Both the position numbers and the translations under genes were made by a program. Source: Nanobdellota archaeon (GTDB lineage: Archaea > Nanobdellota > Nanobdellia > Woesearchaeales > JAHWHD01). Taken from it: a stretch of 36,182 bases of DNA. Shown here one piece after another: positions 27,681 to 36,076 of the stretch (position 1 is its first letter; each line of letters starts with the position of its first letter). The stretch is from contig JAYENX010000036.1 in assembly GCA_034722435.1 (NCBI GenBank), forward strand, positions 1-36,182, in the 5' to 3' direction. The notes beneath the pieces are model-generated. The model saw nothing but the letters and a program-made list of their open reading frames with translations, was not told the origin of the DNA and ran no database searches.

Positions 27681-28753
27681 GAAAAAACCCCTACAATCTT
27701 TTTAATTAGCTTCGATAACCAGCTCGGACTATCCGCGGCCGCAGCGGCCAATGTATCAAAATTTTGTACATCTTTGCTAACTGTGAAAGAATAATCTTTT
27801 GTCTGACCCTGAGGTATATTCTTGAATGCCCATTTAATGACTGGATCTTCTTCAATTACTTCCGGTTCCTCTGAAAAATCCAACATTTTAACATTCTTAG
27901 CTATATCTTTTGGAACCACCAATAACAATTCAAGACCGTTAATGTTTTCTTCTTCAGCAGTAACTGAATACGTTAACTTTGATTTATCAATACTTTTATC
28001 ATCATTTATAACTTCGTAAATGTTCTTTACAACTTTAACATCTGGATGTCTTTTACCCTTAATCTGTCTCAACATTTTCGTTTCAATCTCTTGCTTCTCA
28101 TAAACCAGTGTTCTTTTATCAGAATCTACTTTATTTATTTCTGGAAGAAATTTTGCAGCTTCACCCCGTTTTCCCTGTTGCAATAACTCGATACCTTTAA
28201 CAAAGTCATCAACATCAATACCCAGGTCTAGAAGATCTTTCTTATTAAGTTCAATATGTTGTAGTTCGGGGTCTAACCTTTCAATCTGAACATTCATCTG
28301 TTCATTTACAAGCTCGGCAGCATCTTCATCTGACAATAAACCACTTAAACCGCCTGCAGCTCCTGAACCTCCCTCCGATTCAATAACTGTGGTCTTTGTA
28401 TAACGTTTATGCACGTACTCTTTATCGTAATAATCAAATATCAGGGTTGTTTTAAAATTACCGCTAGGCATTTCCATAGGTACTTCAAATATTGCACTAT
28501 CATGTGTGCCAATTCCACTTAATTTGTTATAGAACACCTGTTCAATTACCGGATTCTCAGAATCTACATCAATATTTTTGATAAATAATACATTATTCTT
28601 GACAATCTCAACTTTGACCATTGTCCCTGGCACAAACTCTATGTTAGAACCAATTTCAGCACTGTCAACTTTAATCTCAATATCCTCTAACGCATAAGCT
28701 AGTGGAAGAATCAATAACAATAAACTTATCATTAAAACCTTTTTCATAAACAT
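27677..28753 (-). CDS. Secreted/surface protein
   Basis: Signal peptide MFMKKVLMISLLLLILPLAYA; C-terminal VPKDIA...P.VIEEDPVIKW segment; ATGA overlap with the cyclase. Confidence 0.8.
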   Translation of the reverse strand: MFMKKVLMISLLLLILPLAYALEDIEIKVDSAEIGSNIEFVPGTMVKVEIVKNNVLFIKNIDVDSENPVIEQVFYNKLSGIGTHDSAIFEVPMEMPSGNFKTTLIFDYYDKEYVHKRYTKTTVIESEGGSGAAGGLSGLLSDEDAAELVNEQMNVQIERLDPELQHIELNKKDLLDLGIDVDDFVKGIELLQQGKRGEAAKFLPEINKVDSDKRTLVYEKQEIETKMLRQIKGKRHPDVKVVKNIYEVINDDKSIDKSKLTYSVTAEEENINGLELLLVVPKDIAKNVKMLDFSEEPEVIEEDPVIKWAFKNIPQGQTKDYSFTVSKDVQNFDTLAAAAADSPSWLSKLIKKIVGVFS

Positions 28754-28795
28754 CCCCTCTATACTATATTATTGTGCCTTCATTAATAAACATTT

Positions 28796-29278
28796 TTATT
28801 TTATTAACGAACCCATAACATCTTGGAAAAAAACACTTTCTCCTTTATAGAATATTCTTTCTTGGCCCTTGAAATAATCATAATCTCCTTCCATTTCAAA
28901 AGTATATCTAAAATCTCCTTCAATGAACTCTTTTGGACCCCTGAACGGCATATCATCATCAAAATTCATCAAAGCTTTTTTCAAGAAAGGAAATGCCCGG
29001 GTTTGAAAAAAGTCATCAGCATATTTTGAATTATACTGTCCTTGATATGCCATAGCCCAAATAGGTTTTCCTTTTAAGAAAACAACCTCTCTTCCAGGCG
29101 CTTGTGAACGTCCAGCATAAGAATCATGATAACTTAAATCTCCTTCAGAAAAATCATAATCGTAATGACCTTTTAAAATAGATACTTCGCATTTGTATTT
29201 TTGTTGCACTTCTTTTGGAGCTGCATAAGTATTCCTGTGCGCTTTTGCAATGAATTTTAAAAGTATTTCTTTCTCCAT
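28796..29278 (-). CDS. DUF5680-like protein
   Basis: Y.DSY.G....GREVV..KGKPIW.M.Y.G...FLKKAL....PFRGP..F.EGD..Y...EGD...F.G.E.I. Start set at 29278 because the track start lies inside the tRNA. Confidence 0.8.
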   Translation of the reverse strand: MEKEILLKFIAKAHRNTYAAPKEVQQKYKCEVSILKGHYDYDFSEGDLSYHDSYAGRSQAPGREVVFLKGKPIWAMAYQGQYNSKYADDFFQTRAFPFLKKALMNFDDDMPFRGPKEFIEGDFRYTFEMEGDYDYFKGQERIFYKGESVFFQDVMGSLIK

Positions 29279-29304
29279 TTTTTTAGTTGTAAGTTTAAAA
29301 AAAG

Positions 29305-29473
29305 TGAGCCCGCAGGGACTTTCGAAGCTGAGCATATCGGTTGTTTGACTTTATGCTCTAACTATTCGAACCCTGGTCGTCCGGTATCTTCTTACCTCCT
29401 AAAAGGTTATCCGAAGCCGGAAGCCCTATTTATCCTACTGGTAAAACCAGTCACCAGACTAGGCTACGGGCCC
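29305..29473 (-). tRNA. tRNA-Arg(UCG) with three introns; mature length 74 nt, CCA not encoded
   Basis: Exons 29473-29454, 29429-29411, 29385-29365 and 29318-29305 splice to GGGCCCGTAGCCTAGTCTGGATAGGGCTTCCGGCTTCGGACCGGACGACCAGGGTTCGAATCCCTGCGGGCTCA, a full cloverleaf. BHB-like motifs at all three junctions. Confidence 0.9.
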
Positions 29474-29495
29474 ATCATATATTGTAAAATAGAAG

Positions 29496-29503
29496 TTTAT
29501 AAA
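29496..29503 (-). promoter_or_regulatory. TATA box of the tRNA-Arg gene
   Basis: AAAAAGC-TTTATAAA ending 23 nt upstream of tRNA G1. Confidence 0.7.
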
Positions 29504-29552
29504 GCTTTTTATCAAAAACTATCGTGCTAAATGTTGATAGCATTATTACATG

Positions 29553-30893
29553 TCAGAATAACAGTATGTGCTCTCTAAAGAAATTCATATATCGGGGATA
29601 CTTGTTAATTTTATCAATTCTTGACCTGATTTTCTTTTTATACTTTTTTAACTCTTCTTTATCCATACCTTTAGAAACTTTATACGTTATTCTCTCAGGT
29701 AAAAGTTTTCTTTTTTCTTCTATAACTTCAACAACACCGAACTTTTCTGGTTCATTATATACTGGGGACCCTTTCTGTAACCCGAATATTGATATGGAAA
29801 CTAAGTCGATATTATATGTATTATCTTCTAAAAATTTAACCGTTATTTCTGCTTCTTCTTTGGTCTCTGTAGGAAACCCCAGCATAATATAGACTACATT
29901 TTTTATCCCTAAGTTATGCGAGTTAACTAAAACATTTCTAACTTCATCTACTTTGGTGGTTTTATTCATTAAATCTAGAATCCTTTGACATCCCGACTCA
30001 ACACCCCACGTGATTGTCTTACAACCTGATTCATGCATAACTTTCAATGTTTCAAGGTCGTAATCTTTTGTAGGACGTAACTGGCACGACCATTTTTTAT
30101 TATACTTCTTCATTATATCTGCTATCTTCAATATCCTTTGCTTATGTACCATGTCGTCAATGATGAAGAAATATTTATGTCTACATTTTTTCACAGTCTC
30201 TTCAATATTTTTAAGATTATATTCCAAATATTTTTCTCCTTTATGATGCGTACAAAAAGCGCAATTCGCATAGTAGCAACCATGCGACGTTTTTAACGGA
30301 ACAACCCCTTCATTAACAAAATATGCATCTGAATTAAATATTTCGTAGTCTAATGAATAATCGCATTTTACTTTATCATATTCAATCTTTCCAGAAATAA
30401 ACTCAAGCAACTCAAACTCATTCTTCAAATAATAATCTGCTTCTTCAATCAGGTTATCATTTACAGCAGGCCCTCCCACTATTGTTTTGATACCTAACCT
30501 CTTCAACTCTTTAATCAAAGCGATTGTATAGAACACTTGACTAGAGTATACAATACTAAAACCTACAACATCAACTTTTTTATCAACAATCAAAGAAATC
30601 ATTTCATCAAACAGTTCGGGATTTTTATTATCAATAACTGCTCTGTTATTTATAGAATAACATTCTCTTGAAACTTTATCATACTCTTTCACTCTTAAAT
30701 CATAATCTGATAAATCCTGAAGACTACGAAAATATTCTCTATATTCCTTAAACTTTCTATTATGGAATTCTACATTAAGATCTAAAACTGAACTCTCAAC
30801 ATTATTAGCTTTAAGAAATGCATGTAGATTAACTAGAGAATATGAAACTATCGCGGGCGTACAGAATGGCGGGTATACTAATAGAAGTTTCAT
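29553..30893 (-). CDS. Radical SAM protein with B12-binding-like N-terminal domain
   Basis: LLVYPP, VGFS, VGGP, SHGCYYANCAFC (CxxxCxxC), DD, GVESG.QRILDLMNK, IMLGFP.ET. Confidence 0.9.
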   Translation of the reverse strand: MKLLLVYPPFCTPAIVSYSLVNLHAFLKANNVESSVLDLNVEFHNRKFKEYREYFRSLQDLSDYDLRVKEYDKVSRECYSINNRAVIDNKNPELFDEMISLIVDKKVDVVGFSIVYSSQVFYTIALIKELKRLGIKTIVGGPAVNDNLIEEADYYLKNEFELLEFISGKIEYDKVKCDYSLDYEIFNSDAYFVNEGVVPLKTSHGCYYANCAFCTHHKGEKYLEYNLKNIEETVKKCRHKYFFIIDDMVHKQRILKIADIMKKYNKKWSCQLRPTKDYDLETLKVMHESGCKTITWGVESGCQRILDLMNKTTKVDEVRNVLVNSHNLGIKNVVYIMLGFPTETKEEAEITVKFLEDNTYNIDLVSISIFGLQKGSPVYNEPEKFGVVEVIEEKRKLLPERITYKVSKGMDKEELKKYKKKIRSRIDKINKYPRYMNFFREHILLF

Positions 30894-31282
30894 TCTTCAA
30901 ACTGATCAAAATGCTTTTTCATGAGCGCGACCATTTTCTCCCTACCACTTTCTTCACATTTTACAACCATGTGTAAATAATCATCAAAGATTACATGTAT
31001 TTTATAATTTGCATTTTCAAGGAATATCTGCCTGCCCATCCATTCTTTGTAAGTCTTTCTCTTGAAATGGTCTTCTTCATTTTTGTATATCCTATCTTTA
31101 GAATATAAAGACTTTTCAAAACCTACTTCTTTAAAGAATTCAATAAGGATTTCTTCATAAGCGTAGCTATCCTTATACTCTATTTGCAATCTAAAATAAT
31201 TCTCATCTCCTGAATTGAACATTTTCACAAGTTTAGGTTTCATACTCTCTAGTGATATGTAGTCACTTTTAAAGGTTATCAA
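30890..31282 (-). CDS. Hypothetical protein coupled to the radical SAM gene
   Basis: 130-aa ORF with ATGA overlap. Confidence 0.7.
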   Translation of the reverse strand: MITFKSDYISLESMKPKLVKMFNSGDENYFRLQIEYKDSYAYEEILIEFFKEVGFEKSLYSKDRIYKNEEDHFKRKTYKEWMGRQIFLENANYKIHVIFDDYLHMVVKCEESGREKMVALMKKHFDQFEE

Positions 31283-31316
31283 AAATAATAAATACCATGA
31301 ACTTATTCATTAATAC

Positions 31317-31757
31317 ATGCAAATCACAAGAGAATTCCTATCAACTGTATTCGTTGTACAAGATAATAAAGTACTTCTTAATTTCAATAACAAATGCCAG
31401 ATATGGGTCCCTGTTGGCGGACATATTGAGAAAGATGAACTTCCTTGCCAATCAGTTATCAGAGAGGCAAAAGAAGAATCCGGCTTGGATATTGAATTGG
31501 TTGATCCTTATCAAAGACCCGTACCATCTAATCTTATACGACCGGTAAATCTACAACTGGATCACATCAAAGAGGATCATAAACATATAAACTTGATATA
31601 CTTCGCGAGAGTCGTTGGCGGAACTTTTACAGAGATTGCGGACGATGGAGCCCCTTCTAAATGGTTTACATTAGAAGATCTTAAAACAGAACCTAAAAAC
31701 AAATTAATACCTGAGATAAAACTCTGGGCAATAGAAGCACTAAAAAAATTAAGCTAA
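31317..31757 (+). CDS. NUDIX hydrolase
   Basis: WVPVGGHIEKDELPCQSVIREAKEESGL. Confidence 0.9.
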   Translation: MQITREFLSTVFVVQDNKVLLNFNNKCQIWVPVGGHIEKDELPCQSVIREAKEESGLDIELVDPYQRPVPSNLIRPVNLQLDHIKEDHKHINLIYFARVVGGTFTEIADDGAPSKWFTLEDLKTEPKNKLIPEIKLWAIEALKKLS

Positions 31758-31758
31758 C

Positions 31759-31893
31759 TTATTTCTTAAACGGATCATCACCATGACCGACCCATAGCCA
31801 GTCACCTTTATTCGAATCTTTTTTTTGCTTGTAGAGAAAATATCCTCCAACTGCAACCAATACCATTCCAAAAATAAATCCTGTTCCTAACAT
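31759..31893 (-). CDS. Small single-pass membrane protein (44 aa, not in ORF track)
   Basis: MLGTGFIFGMVLVAVGGYFLYKQKKDSNKGDWLWVGHGDDPFKK; SD AAGAGGG upstream; fills the gap downstream of alba. Confidence 0.7.
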   Translation of the reverse strand: MLGTGFIFGMVLVAVGGYFLYKQKKDSNKGDWLWVGHGDDPFKK

Positions 31894-31933
31894 ACAATTC
31901 CCTCTTAAAAATCTTTAAATAAAATTTAAAAAA

Positions 31934-32218
31934 TTATTTTTTTGCAAGTGTAATTTCAATAGTTGAAACTCTTACTTGCTTTTCTTCTTTATTCTTGAAC
32001 TCTTCGCTGTCAATCTTAATATCTTTGACTTCCACTCGTCCTTCAAGAAATCTTTTACTTGCAACCTCTGAAATATCAACCGCTCTAGAAATAAACTTGC
32101 CTCGAGCTTTTACTATTACCTCGTTTGCATTTTTTGTTGTGAACTGCATAACTACTGCTGTTACATAATTCATAAACGGTTTTGTACCAACAAAAATAGA
32201 GTTATCCGCACCTTCCAT
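31934..32218 (-). CDS. albA: DNA/RNA-binding protein Alba
   Basis: IFVG.KPFMNYV, V.VKARGKFISRAVD, VSTIEI.L. Confidence 0.95.
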   Translation of the reverse strand: MEGADNSIFVGTKPFMNYVTAVVMQFTTKNANEVIVKARGKFISRAVDISEVASKRFLEGRVEVKDIKIDSEEFKNKEEKQVRVSTIEITLAKK

Positions 32219-32232
32219 ACTAAACCCCTCCT

Positions 32233-32424
32233 TTATTCGTCTTTGGTTTTAATTAATCTAGTTACATATCCAGCTATTACATTCCTTAGCTTTTTAGAAG
32301 GAAATTTAGCGAACTTTGTAACTAATTTCTTGTTTTCTTCAAACGAGTCTTTAAACTCACTTCTGTGTTCACTAACCAAATCATTAGTTACTCTCTTAAT
32401 CAACATAGTTTTTATTCGTCCCAT
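32233..32424 (-). CDS. rps17e: 30S ribosomal protein S17e
   Basis: MGRIKT..IKR...F...FEENKK.V...SKKLRN.IAGYVTR; start set at MGRIK. Confidence 0.95.
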   Translation of the reverse strand: MGRIKTMLIKRVTNDLVSEHRSEFKDSFEENKKLVTKFAKFPSKKLRNVIAGYVTRLIKTKDE

Positions 32425-32540
32425 TAAACCACCGTATCTCTGCAAAACACTGAGTTATTTATAAATTTATCGTTGTCTTTTATAAACAAAACTCATTTCA
32501 GACCCTAATTTTTATATATTTTCATATATTCCTAGTAATT

Positions 32541-33230
32541 ATGGGAGAAATATTGGTTATAGACGATGTACAAGTAATAAGAAAAGCGATTAAAGCAGTC
32601 ATAAAACGCGCTAAACCTAAATTTAATGTTTTTACTTATGAAAACATGACCCGTTTCTTATCAGACCAAGAATCCATTACAGAGTTTCTTTCTATAAACA
32701 AAACTATGGAAGATATCTTAGCTGAAGAACCAAGAATGTCTAGAAGATCATTACTGGCCAGATTAGATGTGGCAATCTTAGACATGAGCCTTGATTACAA
32801 GAAAGGCGATGTAGATATTCGTGAGGATGGATTAAAATATCTTAAAACTTTCATGAGATTTAACATTCCCGTTATTGTGTATACTGGCTCAGAAAAATTA
32901 GCACAAGAAGCCTTTGAAAATGGCGCATTTTATTCTTTTCAAAAATCAGGTCTTAATAATGATGCTCCAAAACTTATCAACGCTTTAGATCAATGCATAT
33001 CTATCAAAAAAGAAGTTGCTTGTTTAAAACCTGAAAACATTCCTACTTTCTTACAAAGCTGTTTTGAGGAATACCAAAGAGCGCCTACAGAACCTAAACG
33101 ATTATATTTCCTTACAACTCTTTATCTTGCAGCTTCTACAGACAGTGGTATGTCATCTCAGGTTTTTAAAGACGGTTCATCAGAATTAGAAGCATATTTG
33201 CAAGCGTATTCTAAGATTAATAAAGATTAA
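32541..33230 (+). CDS. Response-regulator receiver protein with insertion and unassigned C-terminal domain
   Basis: ILVIDD, AILDMSL phosphoacceptor, PVIVYTG, GAFYSFQKS. Confidence 0.75.
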   Translation: MGEILVIDDVQVIRKAIKAVIKRAKPKFNVFTYENMTRFLSDQESITEFLSINKTMEDILAEEPRMSRRSLLARLDVAILDMSLDYKKGDVDIREDGLKYLKTFMRFNIPVIVYTGSEKLAQEAFENGAFYSFQKSGLNNDAPKLINALDQCISIKKEVACLKPENIPTFLQSCFEEYQRAPTEPKRLYFLTTLYLAASTDSGMSSQVFKDGSSELEAYLQAYSKINKD

Positions 33231-33373
33231 TCTTTTTCATGATTCATTAAACAACTTCCACTATTAACCCATTTTTTGAACTAAACCCTAACACATATAA
33301 ATCCAAATTCAATAATTCAAAACAATTCTTAGAATTAAATAACTTATACTTAATAACTGAGGTGAAACTAAAA

Positions 33374-33712
33374 ATGAAAATAACAAAAATAGAAACTGTA
33401 AACTCTTCTCCTAACCATCACAATATTGATGCAAGAAATATTTACAATACCAAACACGCTTCAGTAACTCATTTAACATTACAAGCTGGAGAATCATTAA
33501 AACGACACATTACCCCTGTAGACGTATTTTTTTATGTCTTAGAAGGTACCGGGATTGTAGAAATTGGTGACGCACAGCAAGAGGTTCATAAGGACACTAT
33601 TATTGAAAGTCCAGCAAAGATACCTCATTGTTTATACAATAAAAGTAACTCAGTTTTTAGAGTGTTAGTTGCTAAAGTTCCAAGACCAACAAACTCAACA
33701 GTTATTTTGTAA
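33374..33712 (+). CDS. Cupin-domain protein
   Basis: GESLKRH.TP...FYVLEGTG.V.IG...ESP..IPH.L.N; GAGGTGA SD before the ATG at 33374. Confidence 0.88.
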   Translation: MKITKIETVNSSPNHHNIDARNIYNTKHASVTHLTLQAGESLKRHITPVDVFFYVLEGTGIVEIGDAQQEVHKDTIIESPAKIPHCLYNKSNSVFRVLVAKVPRPTNSTVIL

Positions 33713-33751
33713 CTTTGTTTAATAATTTTTTATTTGATTTATTTATTAATT

Positions 33752-34531
33752 TTATAAAAGTTCTTTCACAATCTTTGAACCTAACTTTACAGTAATACCA
33801 TTCATATCTTTATCGGGATTAATCTCTACAAGGTCAACCATTTTAAGATTCTTAAAATTCTTCATCCTTTGTAAGAAATAAAGTAACTCTCTGGATGTTA
33901 GACCGCCAGGTTCACAATACCCTGTTCCTGGCGCAAATGCTGGATCAACTACATCAATATCAATAGAAACATATATTGCAGGCCATTGTTTTGCAACATA
34001 CATTGCAGAATCACAAACCTCTCTAACTCCTTTTTCAGATATCTCTTTCATGTTAAAGTACTTAATCTTTTTACTCTGCAAATAATCGTACTCGTTTTTG
34101 TGCCAGTTTCTTAATCCTATTATTATGACTTTAGACGCATCCACAATCCTTTCTTCGATTAAAACTCTAAGAAAATCTTCATGACTTGGAGGAGAGAAGT
34201 TATTTTCGCAGTCAGGGTGCGCATCAAATACTATTAAACCTGCTCCGGGATTATTCAAAGCAAACGCTTTAAACGTAGAATACGTAATAGAATGATCTCC
34301 TCCGACTAATACTGCATGTTCATTTAAGCTTTTGATCTTTTCAAATATGTTGGCATTAGTTTCATCAATATTACTTTTTACAATATCAACAGAATCAATC
34401 TCAAACTCATTAAATTTTCCGAATTCGTTAAGGTATAAATCATACATTCCTCTTATTATCTTATCAGGCGCTTTATCGCTTCCCTTCTTATCCAAAGCCC
34501 CTTGATCTGACGATATTTTTATAAGTTTCAT
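33752..34531 (-). CDS. Arginase/agmatinase (ureohydrolase) family protein
   Basis: GGDHSIT, FDAHPD, YVSIDIDVVDPAFAPGTG..EPGGL, DLVEINP. Confidence 0.92.
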   Translation of the reverse strand: MKLIKISSDQGALDKKGSDKAPDKIIRGMYDLYLNEFGKFNEFEIDSVDIVKSNIDETNANIFEKIKSLNEHAVLVGGDHSITYSTFKAFALNNPGAGLIVFDAHPDCENNFSPPSHEDFLRVLIEERIVDASKVIIIGLRNWHKNEYDYLQSKKIKYFNMKEISEKGVREVCDSAMYVAKQWPAIYVSIDIDVVDPAFAPGTGYCEPGGLTSRELLYFLQRMKNFKNLKMVDLVEINPDKDMNGITVKLGSKIVKELL

Positions 34532-34576
34532 AATTTATAAATAAATAAGAATTATATAAAAAGGTTATGAGTTTTT

Positions 34577-34930
34577 TCAGATATTGTATTGTCCTGTACT
34601 GAAATTGTCCGAAACAATATCTATACATTCTCCAGTTTTTTGACTTTCTTTAGTAACTAATTCTCGAGCATAAGAATTGGCTTTTTTTTGCAATTTATCA
34701 ACTGCCTCTCCTAAGTCATGTGCAATCCCAAAATATTCTACTGGTCCGTCTGTATCAGTTCCCAAAAGGTAATGATCGTCAAGACTGTGGATACAAAAAA
34801 TTGGTACATCCTTTGCAATATGCTCCAAATTTTTACTTATTTCAATTGCAATACTTGGAATTCCTGTTTCAGAACTAACTTCAACTATCTTTATCAAATT
34901 ATGTCTTGTATCTTTGTTTAACATTTTCAT
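34577..34930 (-). CDS. Hypothetical protein
   Basis: 117-aa ORF; GIAHDLGEAVDKL only weakly recalls HicB-like folds. Confidence 0.65.
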   Translation of the reverse strand: MKMLNKDTRHNLIKIVEVSSETGIPSIAIEISKNLEHIAKDVPIFCIHSLDDHYLLGTDTDGPVEYFGIAHDLGEAVDKLQKKANSYARELVTKESQKTGECIDIVSDNFSTGQYNI

Positions 34931-35014
34931 ATACTTATTGAAGGTTCTTTAAATATTTAATGTTTGAATCTTTATTCCAAAACAAATATAAAGGACTAGA
35001 TTTCCAAAACTTCT

Positions 35015-36076
35015 ATGGTAGATTTCCAAGCTATTTTAGGTCTTATGATAGGTCAGAACACTGTACAAGAATGTCTTATTGCTTTGATTATTTTTGCGGC
35101 AATTGTCTTTGCTTTCAAAATCTTCAAGTTCACGATAGTGCACCATCTTCACAAACTATCAAAAAAGACGCATAATCAAATTGACGACCTTTTGATTGGA
35201 ATTATTGCAAGTATCACCTGGCCGTTCTATGTTATATTATCAATCTACATTTCAATAAAATGGATAATTCTCCCAACCATAGTTGGTACTGTTTTTAATT
35301 ATGTAATACTTATTGTGGTTGTTTATTATATCGTTAAAGCTATTAACTCAATTGTAAAATTCACTACTAATACTATTATCGAAAAACGAGAGAAGGAAGA
35401 AGAAAACGCTGACACTTCTGTAATTAAACTTCTTGCAAACGTTGTTCGTGCTTTAGTTTGGCTCGGCGCAGTTCTTTTACTATTACAAAACTTTGGTTTT
35501 AACATTACTACTTTAATCGCTGGTATCGGTGTAGGAGGTATAGCTATCGCTTTCGCTTTACAGAAAGTTCTTGAAGATATCTTTGCTTCTATCAGTATTT
35601 ACTTTGATAAACCTTTCAAGCCTGGCGATTTTATTGTCATTGGCGACGATTCTGGTTCTGTTGAACATATAGGAATTAAATCTACCAGGATAAAAACCTT
35701 ACAAGGCGAAGAACTTGTTGTATCTAACAGAGAATTAACTGGTACAAGGATAAGAAATTTCAAAAAGATGGAAGACAGACGTGTAGTTTTCAGTCTAGGT
35801 CTAACATACGATACAAAAGCTACCGCTCTAAAAAAAGTTCCAGGTATCATCACTAAAATCTTTGATAAGGTAAAACTTGGAACCCTTGACAGGTGCCATT
35901 TCAAAAGCTTTGGAGATTTCGCTCTTAACTTTGAAATAGTTTACCATGTAGGATCTACTGATTATGACGATTTTATGAATGTTCAGCAAGACCTTAACTT
36001 ATTAATCAAGCAAGAGTTCGATAAGGCAAAGATTGACATGGCATTTCCAACACAGACAGTCATTGTCCAGAAATAA
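35015..36076 (+). CDS. mscS: Small-conductance mechanosensitive channel (MscS family)
   Basis: GVGGIAIAFALQ..L.D.FAS..I.FDKPFK.GDFI, G.VEHIGIKSTR..T..GE..V.SN, AFPTQT. Confidence 0.95.
   Translation: MVDFQAILGLMIGQNTVQECLIALIIFAAIVFAFKIFKFTIVHHLHKLSKKTHNQIDDLLIGIIASITWPFYVILSIYISIKWIILPTIVGTVFNYVILIVVVYYIVKAINSIVKFTTNTIIEKREKEEENADTSVIKLLANVVRALVWLGAVLLLLQNFGFNITTLIAGIGVGGIAIAFALQKVLEDIFASISIYFDKPFKPGDFIVIGDDSGSVEHIGIKSTRIKTLQGEELVVSNRELTGTRIRNFKKMEDRRVVFSLGLTYDTKATALKKVPGIITKIFDKVKLGTLDRCHFKSFGDFALNFEIVYHVGSTDYDDFMNVQQDLNLLIKQEFDKAKIDMAFPTQTVIVQK

Noticed and set aside
28796-29335. Track start of the DUF5680-like gene at 29335
   Set aside because: The extension runs through tRNA exon 4 and intron 3; the ATG at 29278 is preferred.
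28796-29473. tRNA-anchored genomic island
   Set aside because: No duplicate of the tRNA 3' end and no integrase were seen in the window.
29345-29530. 61-aa minus-strand ORF
   Set aside because: It overlaps the intron-containing tRNA-Arg gene and its promoter.
31934-32218. Alba has GTKP where Sulfolobus has GKKP (acetylated Lys16)
   Set aside because: Variation at this position is common among Alba proteins, so it is weak evidence of anything new.
1047-35904. Numerous antisense or overlapping ORFs in the track (e.g. 1845-2276, 2697-3077, 6391-6798, 11560-12090, 26968-27444, 35599-35904)
   Set aside because: They lie opposite or within well-supported genes and show no motifs; they are shadow ORFs.
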